NCBI GenBank assembly: GCA_963847375.1
Contig: CAWJZO010000001.1
Span: forward strand, 1,346,124-1,410,123
Reading direction: 5' to 3'
Origin: an uncultured Chloroflexia bacterium
GTDB taxonomy: Bacteria; Chloroflexota; Limnocylindria; QHBO01
Length of the DNA stretch: 64,000 nt
Part shown: piece by piece, positions 57,269-64,000 of the stretch
How the letters are laid out: each line of letters begins with the position of its first letter
Numbering within the stretch: the first letter of the stretch is position 1
Notes under the pieces: model-generated
What the model was told of the DNA's origin: nothing
What the model saw: only the letters and a program-made list of their open reading frames with translations
Database searches by the model: none
Program-made: the position numbers and the translations under genes

Positions 57269-58249
57269 TCAAGACTTGTGCGCGATCCGAATCCACGTCT
57301 TTCCGGCAGTCGAAGGGCTACGGTCGAAGGCGTGCTGCGCGTCGGCGAGGCTGTACTCGTCGCTGATGATTCGACCGGGTCCGAGGCGTGTGTCGGCCGC
57401 GATCCGGATGGCCGCTTCGAAGTCCGCCGGATGGTCGTAAGTGAGTGAGCCGCGGACGACAGCCTGGCGGCGGACGAGCGCTTGGGCTGTAACCTCGAGC
57501 GGGCGACTGTCAAGGCCAAGCAGGAGCAGCGTCCCGCCAACCTCGAGGCTTCCGAGCGCAATGTTGATGCTCGTCGGTGAGCCGACGGTATCCACGACAA
57601 GGTCGAATCGCCCGTCGTCCTCATCCGAGGCGGCAGTGGCGCCCAGCCGCACCGCATGCTCAACGCGGGCCGGGTTGATATCGCGGACGTGGACGGCGAG
57701 GCCACGATCGAGGAGGACAAGCGACATCAGCAGCCCCTGTGCGCCGACTCCGACCACCAAGACCGACGTGGGCAGGCTCCTGCCCAGGCGACGCAAGGCG
57801 GCGATGACCACAGTCATCGGCTCGACGCAGACGAGGTCGGCCGGCGCAAGGCCCTGGATCGGCCATGCGAATCGCGCGGGGACTACGAGGCGCTCGGCGA
57901 GTGCCCCCGGGCGGTTCATCCCGACGGATTGCCGTGCCACGCAGGCCGAAGTCACCCCTCGGCGACACTGGGCGCAGGTGAGGCAGGCGACGTTCGGCTC
58001 GACCACTACTGTCAGGCCGATGCGGCTCCGATCCACGTCCTTGCCGACTGCGTCGATGGTGCCGAACGCCTCGTGACCCATGACCCAGGGATACCACGGC
58101 GCGGCCCACGCGCCGCTGAAGACGCTGAGGTCCGATCCACACAGGCCCACGCCGCCGACAGCGATGCGCACCTCATCGGGTCCCATCTCCGGCTCGGGGA
58201 TCTCCTCGATCGCGATTCGTCCGGGCCGGACGAGCAGCGCTGCCTTCAT
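57269..58249 (-). CDS. zinc-dependent alcohol dehydrogenase (MDR family)
   Basis: Start ATG 58249 overlaps the upstream stop (ATGA). GLCGSD and GHEAFG zinc motifs. GVGAQG Rossmann motif. Confidence 0.85.
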   Translation of the reverse strand: MKAALLVRPGRIAIEEIPEPEMGPDEVRIAVGGVGLCGSDLSVFSGAWAAPWYPWVMGHEAFGTIDAVGKDVDRSRIGLTVVVEPNVACLTCAQCRRGVTSACVARQSVGMNRPGALAERLVVPARFAWPIQGLAPADLVCVEPMTVVIAALRRLGRSLPTSVLVVGVGAQGLLMSLVLLDRGLAVHVRDINPARVEHAVRLGATAASDEDDGRFDLVVDTVGSPTSINIALGSLEVGGTLLLLGLDSRPLEVTAQALVRRQAVVRGSLTYDHPADFEAAIRIAADTRLGPGRIISDEYSLADAQHAFDRSPSTAGKTWIRIAHKS

Positions 58250-59217
58250 GCGGCCACCGCAAGGATGCGTCGCGGATTGTCGACCAGCATCTGCTCGACG
58301 GCGGCATCGGGGACGCCGGCTTCCCTGAGCGCCGGGAGGATCGATCGCGAGATCGTGTCCATGCGCCACCGCGGCGCCGCGCGCGCTCGCCAAGATGGCG
58401 GTGTCACGTGACTGTAGAAGGCCGCGTCATGAGAAAGCACCATGCGATCCGCGTACCCGCGCTCGAGCAGAGCCAAGAGGGTGTGGAGCCGCCGATCGTC
58501 AGGTAGGACCTGCTCCATCCCGAATCGGTCCATGCCAATCGTTGATCCGTTGTCCATCAGTTCCCTCAAGTAGTCGAGGTCCTCGCTGTCGCCCGAGTGC
58601 CCGATGATGATGCGGTCAGGAGGGACGCCGCGCTCGCCGAGGAACGACTGCTGGACGAGGCCGTTGCGCGACGCGGGGTGGGAGTGCGTCGTGAGCGGCA
58701 CGCCGGTCTCCTGGTGAGCAATTGCCGCCGCGGTCATGACCCGCGCGACGTCCGGTGTGAGCCCCTCCACATCCGTCATGACCTTGACCATGGCCGCGCG
58801 CACGCTCGTGCCGGCGATCCCATTCGTGAGATCGCCGATGAACAGCTCGATGAGTGGGTCGACGCGGTCGATCACGCGGCCGGGTCCGTGGAACCGGAAG
58901 AACGTCGGGAGGACATCCGGCGTGTACCAGCCGGTAGCTGCGACGAGATTGATCGGTACTCGCTCGGCGACCTCCGCGACCAGTCTCACGTCTCGCCCCA
59001 GCCCTGGAACGGTTAGGTCCACCACCGTACGGATCCCGAGGGCGTACAGGTCCGTCAGCCCCTGGACGGCCTGTTCGACCAGTTCCTGGGGGTCCCATTC
59101 GACATCCGGAAGGCTTGCCTCGAGCTCCGGATTTCGGACGAAGATGTGCTCATGGATGAGTGTCGTGCCCATGTTCTCGGGCGCGATCGGTCCGCGGTAC
59201 GTATGAACGACTCCCAT
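58246..59217 (-). CDS. phosphotriesterase-related (PTE family) metal-dependent hydrolase / lactonase-like
   Basis: 323 aa. TLIHEHIF N-terminal HxH motif and the GHSGD and SHD motifs of the PTE family. Confidence 0.85.
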   Translation of the reverse strand: MGVVHTYRGPIAPENMGTTLIHEHIFVRNPELEASLPDVEWDPQELVEQAVQGLTDLYALGIRTVVDLTVPGLGRDVRLVAEVAERVPINLVAATGWYTPDVLPTFFRFHGPGRVIDRVDPLIELFIGDLTNGIAGTSVRAAMVKVMTDVEGLTPDVARVMTAAAIAHQETGVPLTTHSHPASRNGLVQQSFLGERGVPPDRIIIGHSGDSEDLDYLRELMDNGSTIGMDRFGMEQVLPDDRRLHTLLALLERGYADRMVLSHDAAFYSHVTPPSWRARAAPRWRMDTISRSILPALREAGVPDAAVEQMLVDNPRRILAVAA

Positions 59218-59225
59218 GCGCTGCG

Positions 59226-60428
59226 TTACCGGCGGGCTTCGGAGACTGGACGCTCATCCTTCGGGTCATCGGTGCGCGCGTGGCGTCCCCGAACGCTCTC
59301 GGTCGATGCTCCGAGCTCTTGGGCCAGCTGCGGGATCCGGCCGGGCGTTCGCCCGAGCTTTGGCACGACGCCGGGAACGGGCAGCGGCCGATCGAGCCGA
59401 TCGTCTTCGACTTCGACGATCATGTCTCGCTCTCGGAATTGAGGGTCGGCGACGATGTCGGCGATGCTGTTGATCCGGCTGACCGGCACCTCTCGCTCCC
59501 GCAGGACGGCAACCACCTCGGCAGCCGTACGGGTGCTTGTCCACGAACCGATCGCCTCGTCGAGCTCTCCCGCCCTGGAGACGCGGCCTTCGTTCGTGTC
59601 GAGGGACCCATCGGCGAGCAGGTCGCTGCGCCCGATCACCTCGAAAAGCCGCCTGGCAAGGCGTGAGGTGTTTGCGGCGATGCAGACCAGCGACCCATCC
59701 GCACACTGGTACGCGTTGGTTGGCGCCGAGTTGTGCGCGATGTTCCCGGTCCGCTCACGGATCGCGCCGAGGTAGCCGTACTCCGGCAGGATCCCCTCCA
59801 GAAGCGAGAAGAGGGACTCGGTCAGCGCAACGTCCACGAGTTGGCCGCGGCCTGACGCCGCGCGCTCATGTAGCGCGATGAGGGCGCCGACCACGGCGTG
59901 CAGCGACGCGATCGAGTCGCCGAGGCTCAGTCCCACGCGGCTTGGCGGCCGATCCGGCTCTCCGGTGATGAATCGAAGCCCTCCGGCCGCCTCCGCAATC
60001 GTGCCGAACGCGGGTTGGCCGCTCATCGGACCGGTCTGACCGTATCCCGATATCCGGACCACGATGAGCCGCGGGTTCTTAGCCATCAGCTCCTTGGGGT
60101 CGAGGTTCCACTTCTCGAGCCGCCCCGGTCGGAAGTTCTCGATCAGGATGTCGCTCTCCATCGCCAGCTGCCGGACGAACGCCTGGTCGCCCGGCTGGTG
60201 GAGATCCGCGGTGACCGACAGCTTCCCCCGCGACTGGACCAGGTGCCAGAGCGAGTCGCCCCCGTCCCAGGCCATTCCCCATGTGCGCAGGGGATCGCCG
60301 CGCTCCGGGTGCTCGATCTTGATGACCTCTGCCCCAAAGTCCGCAAACATGCGACCGGCGAACGGGCCGGCGATTAGCGTCCCGAGCTCGAGGACCCTCA
60401 GGTCGCTCAGCGGGCCGATTCGCAACAT
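59226..60428 (-). CDS. family III CoA-transferase (CaiB/BaiF)
   Basis: 400 aa. LSDLRVLELGTLIAGPFAG N-terminus and ENFRPG motif. Confidence 0.9.
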   Translation of the reverse strand: MLRIGPLSDLRVLELGTLIAGPFAGRMFADFGAEVIKIEHPERGDPLRTWGMAWDGGDSLWHLVQSRGKLSVTADLHQPGDQAFVRQLAMESDILIENFRPGRLEKWNLDPKELMAKNPRLIVVRISGYGQTGPMSGQPAFGTIAEAAGGLRFITGEPDRPPSRVGLSLGDSIASLHAVVGALIALHERAASGRGQLVDVALTESLFSLLEGILPEYGYLGAIRERTGNIAHNSAPTNAYQCADGSLVCIAANTSRLARRLFEVIGRSDLLADGSLDTNEGRVSRAGELDEAIGSWTSTRTAAEVVAVLREREVPVSRINSIADIVADPQFRERDMIVEVEDDRLDRPLPVPGVVPKLGRTPGRIPQLAQELGASTESVRGRHARTDDPKDERPVSEARR

Positions 60429-60439
60429 TGTCCCGAAAT

Positions 60440-60450
60440 GTTGGACACGG
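60440..60450. promoter_or_regulatory. GTTGGACACGG motif upstream of the CoA-transferase operon
   Basis: Identical 11-mer to 57228-57238. Lies within TGTCCCGAAATGTTGGACA, 12 nt upstream of the start codon. Confidence 0.4.
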
Positions 60451-60541
60451 ATCCAGCATATGGACCGACGTTCGGTAGGTCAAGGAGTCCGCCGATGGGT
60501 CACGATGAGCCCGATCGTCGCCCGCTAGAATCAGCTTCGGC

Positions 60542-60657
60542 GCGAGCCCGTAGCTCAGTGGATCAGAGCAGCTGACTTCGGACTATCCCGGCCGATGCGC
60601 TGTAGCCCGAGCGTGAGTGGGGGTGCGAAACGCGTCGAGTTATCTGCTGTGTTCCGG
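60542..60657 (+). repeat. tRNA-half-like repeat, copy I (short form)
   Basis: GCGAGCCCGTAGCTCAGTGGATCAGAGCAGCTGACTTCGGACTATCCCGGCCGATGCGCTGTAGCCCGAGCGTGAGTGGGGGTGCGAAACGCGTCGAGTTATCTGCTGTGTTCC. Confidence 0.9.
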
Positions 60658-60899
60658 CCGCTTCCGTGAGGCTGGGACCTCCGGTGTTCCGAGCGGTCCT
60701 GGAAGCCGCGCCTGACCCCCAGTCACTATGACCTCGGCCCGCGTCATCTCCACGGTCTGTCAGGACCGGCATGGCGCCGATGCAGGCTCACGGCCGTGGC
60801 GGTTCTCGAGCCGCCGCGGAGCACTGCCATTACCCGCCTCCGAGCTGGCAGGGAGGATCGGTGCGTCGGGATGGCGGCGGCTTTCGTATGGTCCGTCGA

Positions 60900-61931
60900 T
60901 CACGACGGCAACGGGCGCGAGAGTAATGAGCCTTCGGGATCGCTAAGCGCGGAGGGGAGCCCGAAGCGCGGGAACCAGCGGCGATCGAAGGTGGTGACCT
61001 CGGCCACGAGGCCGTCCTCGATCCGCAGCACGTCGATCGCCAGCGGCCGATAGCGGTCGTCGCCCGCGCGCCGCACGTACGCGGCCGCTGCAGGCTGGCG
61101 GTTGGCGCCGGTCGGAATGATGCGGAACTCGCCGAACGCCTGCGGCCCAACGATTACCGGCCGCCACAGCTCGATGAGCGTCGCGCGGCCAACATAGGTC
61201 CCCGGCTGGGGTGGCATGGCGAAGCGAGCGTCTTCACGGAGCAGCGCGGCGAGGGACTGAAGGTCGGCTCGCTCCGATGCGTCGATGTAGCGCCGCAGCA
61301 CCTCGCGCTCCGCGGCGGTCGGCTCGCTGGCGACCCTCCAGTCCATGCGCCGTTCAGGCAGCACGCTCCGCAGAGTCGCGCGCGCGCGCTGAAGCGCGCT
61401 GTTCACCGACGGTACGCTCATGTCGAGCATCGCCGCCGCACCTCTGGCGGGCAATCCGACGACGTCGCGAGCGATCAGCACGGCGCGCTGCCGCGGCGGG
61501 AGGTACTGGATGGCGACGATGAAGGCGAGCTCGATCGTCTCCCGGCTGACGGCCATCTCCTCCGGCTCATCCCGGCTGGGCGCGACCGGTTCGAGCAGCC
61601 GGTCCGGGTACGGCTGGAGCCAGGTCACTTCGTCACCAACGACCACGCGTTGCGGACGGCGACGCGCGATGACGTCAAGGCAGGCGTTCGTCGCGATGCG
61701 GTAGAGCCAGCTCCGCAGCAGTGCCCGTCCCTCAAACGCTCGCCGAGCGCGCCAGGCTCGCAGGAAGGTCTCCTGCACAATCTCCTCGGCCTCGTCGAAC
61801 GATCCGAGCATGCGGTAGCAGTGGACGTGCAGCTGCCGCCGGAACCGCTCAGTCACAGCGGCGAATGCGGCCTGATCGCCAGATCGGAGGGCGGCGATGA
61901 CCTCCTCGTCGTCGACGGCCGCATTCAGCAT
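60900..61931 (-). CDS. ECF sigma factor with SnoaL-like C-terminal extension (ECF41 / SigJ-like)
   Basis: 343 aa. Sigma regions 2 and 4, then a ~150-aa NTF2/SnoaL-like domain. Confidence 0.85.
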   Translation of the reverse strand: MLNAAVDDEEVIAALRSGDQAAFAAVTERFRRQLHVHCYRMLGSFDEAEEIVQETFLRAWRARRAFEGRALLRSWLYRIATNACLDVIARRRPQRVVVGDEVTWLQPYPDRLLEPVAPSRDEPEEMAVSRETIELAFIVAIQYLPPRQRAVLIARDVVGLPARGAAAMLDMSVPSVNSALQRARATLRSVLPERRMDWRVASEPTAAEREVLRRYIDASERADLQSLAALLREDARFAMPPQPGTYVGRATLIELWRPVIVGPQAFGEFRIIPTGANRQPAAAAYVRRAGDDRYRPLAIDVLRIEDGLVAEVTTFDRRWFPRFGLPSALSDPEGSLLSRPLPS

Positions 61932-62103
61932 CGGTTCATCCTCCTCCGCATCCCTGCACGCAACTCTGACGCCGGAAGGAGAGAGAGGTCATCGGTCGTG
62001 GCTCATGTCGAGCTCGGGGCCGATGCGTTTCGCGCGGCGCGCCGTCTGAATTGACGCCGATCAACACCGAGCGGCGAAGCGACCTCGCAACTGGAGCAGA
62101 ACG

Positions 62104-62664
62104 ATGGGCAAGTTGATCTACAGCCTCAACGTATCGCTGGATGGATTCATCGAGACGCCGGACCACTCGCTCGACTGGGCGATCGTCGACGAGGAGGTCC
62201 ACCAATGGTTCAACGAGCAGACGCGAACGCTCGACGCCTCCCTGTACGGTCGTCGGATGTACGAGGTGATGGCCGCCTACTGGCCGACCGGCGCGGACGA
62301 CCCAGCCGCGACTGATGTGACGCGCGAGTTCGCGAGCGTCTGGAATTCGATGCCCAAGATCGTGTTCTCGACGAGCCTCGATCGAGTCGATCACAACGCC
62401 CGCCTCGTGCGCGGCGACGTGGGCGAGGTGCTGGATGCACTCAGGACCGAGTTCGAAGGCGACCTCGACGTCGGGGGGGCGGACCTGGCCGGGCAGTTCG
62501 TCCGCCGCGGGCTCGTGGACGAATATCAGCTCATGATCCATCCGGTCGTTCTCGGCGCGGGGACTGCCTTCTGGCCGATGCTCGACGGTCCGCTGCGGCT
62601 GCGCCTGACTGAGACGCGACGGTTCCCCTCGGGAGTGATGCTCCTCTCCTACGCGGCGGCCTAG
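62104..62664 (+). CDS. dihydrofolate reductase family protein (RibD C-terminal domain)
   Basis: 186 aa. GKLIYSLNVSLDGF N-terminus and GGADLAGQF...DEY.L.IHPVVLG.G motifs. Confidence 0.85.
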   Translation: MGKLIYSLNVSLDGFIETPDHSLDWAIVDEEVHQWFNEQTRTLDASLYGRRMYEVMAAYWPTGADDPAATDVTREFASVWNSMPKIVFSTSLDRVDHNARLVRGDVGEVLDALRTEFEGDLDVGGADLAGQFVRRGLVDEYQLMIHPVVLGAGTAFWPMLDGPLRLRLTETRRFPSGVMLLSYAAA

Positions 62665-63015
62665 GCGGAGGTCACCCGTGAGCACGGCCGAACCGGTCAT
62701 CGTTCACCGTCCCGACGAGCCGGGACCCTAGCCCCCGACTCCGTGAGGCGCCAACAGTTGCTTCGGGTCGAACTTGCCAGCCATCGACGCCGGCTCCGTC
62801 CAATGCTCGGGAAGCGAACGCCCTTGGCGTACGTCATCGGTCCGATGAGTCTATGGCACCGGCCTCGGACCAATCGTCCAGGCCGCATGAAGGCCGAGTC
62901 CGCACGGTTCCGGCATGTGTTCTGTGATCAGGTCGACGGCGCTTGACACCGCGCCACTATTCAGTGGTACTATGCACCAGTAGTCGGTAACGCTGAGTAG
63001 TCGAGGTGGTATTCC

Positions 63016-63345
63016 GTGGGCGGGCAGATGACGGAGATGCTCAAGGGAACGCTGGAAGGCATTGTCCTCGCGACCCTAGGCGTGCGACCCGCCTACGGCT
63101 ACGAGATCACGGCACACCTGCGGGAGCAGGGCTTCTCCGACATCGCCGAGGGCACCGTCTACGCGCTGCTCATCCGGATCGAGCAGCACGGCCTCGTCGA
63201 CGTGGAGAAGGTGCCCTCCGAGAAGGGGCCGCCGCGGAAGGTGTACTCGCTCAACGCCCAGGGACAGGAATACCTCGACGAGTTCTGGATTACGTGGGGC
63301 TTCCTCGCGGAACGGCTCGAACAGCTCCATGAAGGAGGCAGATGA
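63016..63345 (+). CDS. PadR family transcriptional regulator
   Basis: 109 aa. LKGTLEGIVLATL...YGYEI...EGTVYALLIRIE motifs. Confidence 0.9.
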   Translation: MGGQMTEMLKGTLEGIVLATLGVRPAYGYEITAHLREQGFSDIAEGTVYALLIRIEQHGLVDVEKVPSEKGPPRKVYSLNAQGQEYLDEFWITWGFLAERLEQLHEGGR

Positions 63346-63718
63346 CCATGATTCCTCACGAAGCTGATCGGCGGCAAGCGGCGGTGGTGGGCGTACAAGG
63401 CGCGCGTCAAGGCGCTCCCGGAGCCGTATCGCGCGGCGGTGGATGCGATCGAGCGCTACCTCATGTCCTTCGGTCGTGGAGACGGCACCGGATGGGCGGA
63501 GCAGCTCGAGGACCTAGCCGACCTGTTCGAGCAGGCCGCTGCGGACGGGAAACCGATCCGCGAGATCGTGGGCGGAGGACCCCGAGGAGTTCGTCGAGGT
63601 GTTCGTGCAGAACTACCCGGAGGGGCAGTGGGTCGTCCGCGAGCAGGAACGGTTGAGGAACACCATCGCGCGTGCCGCCGGTGAAGGCACCGGGAACGAC
63701 GAGAGGGCCGTCCGATGA
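63342..63718 (+). pseudogene. DUF1048 family gene with two apparent frame changes
   Basis: ATG overlaps the PadR stop (ATGA). The family-like sequence (LTKLIGGKRRWWAYKARVKALPEPYRAAVDAIERYL...FEQAAADGKPIREIVG, then DPEEFVEVFVQNYPEGQWVVREQERL) sits in two other frames. Confidence 0.55.
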
Positions 63719-64000
63719 CCACGTTCATCTCGAAATTCATCGCAAAGGTGATCGGCCCCAAGCAGGGGTGGCGGGAGTACAAGGCGCGCGCGCGACAACT
63801 TCCCGCGAGCTATCGCACCGCGCTCGATGCGCTGGAGCGGTACCTGAACTACTTGGGACCAGGCGGCGACGGGGGTGTGATCCTCGCGGAGCTCCTCGAT
63901 CTGTTCGAGCAAAGCGCGGCGAACGGAACCCCGATCCGCGAGGTCGTCGGGGCGGACCCGGTGGCGTTCATCGAGACGTTCATTCAGAACCACTCGGAGG
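63715..64000 (+). CDS. DUF1048 family protein (partial, runs off window)
   Basis: MTTFISKFIAKVIGPKQGWREYKARARQLPASYRTALDALERYL...FEQSAANGTPIREVVGADPVAFIETF. Paralog of the preceding gene. Its start overlaps the previous stop. Confidence 0.75.
   Translation, partial: MTTFISKFIAKVIGPKQGWREYKARARQLPASYRTALDALERYLNYLGPGGDGGVILAELLDLFEQSAANGTPIREVVGADPVAFIETFIQNHSE

Noticed and set aside
24041-60657. CRISPR array formed by the nine repeats.
   Set aside because: The repeat units are 110-170 bp and are spaced 2-13 kb apart by normal genes. CRISPR repeats are 25-40 bp with 25-40 bp spacers. No cas genes are present.

Overview
Very GC-rich bacterial chromosomal window (actinobacterial or Chloroflexi-like gene content; taxon cannot be fixed from sequence alone).

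**1 to 24 kb: ordinary core-type DNA.**
- Metallophosphoesterase and tRNA-His(GTG).
- A complete minus-strand kdp K+-uptake locus. It has a split KdpD, KdpE, an extra receiver-only regulator, two KdpF-like peptides and an unannotated 85-codon ORF, all translationally coupled.
- A MacB-type ABC exporter, a CAP-domain protein, an acetyl-CoA hydrolase/GNAT fusion and an ArsR-SRPBCC pair.

**24.0 to 60.7 kb: accessory region with the main finding.**
- Nine copies of a ~110-170 bp repeat are all on the + strand, regardless of flanking gene orientation.
- The first ~39 nt of each copy form a near-perfect 5' half of a tRNA: acceptor strand, D-arm, anticodon-stem strand and a CUUCGGA loop (would-be anticodon UCG).
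- There is no matching 3' half. Instead a conserved ~75 nt non-tRNA arm follows, ending in CGAGTTATCCGCTCT..TTCC.
- Four copies also carry a conserved ~52 nt leader. It holds a TGGCACAAT extended -10-like box, a second copy of the CGAGTTATCCGCTCT motif and a small hairpin.
- The repeats cut the region into eight cargo-only modules of 2.2-12.7 kb. Cargo includes chrA, efflux, redox and amidase genes, an ECF sigma module, a cyclase-STAND protein and a 12.6 kb TRAP/CoA-transferase/TPP catabolic island.
- No integrase or transposase is present, and truncated or frameshifted genes are strikingly dense.

I do not recognise this repeat as any described RNA, att site or repeat family. My leading reading is a record of serial site-specific capture at a tRNA-like site, or a tRNA-derived mobile or structured RNA element.

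The many long antisense ORFs in the six-frame track are GC-driven artefacts and were not called.
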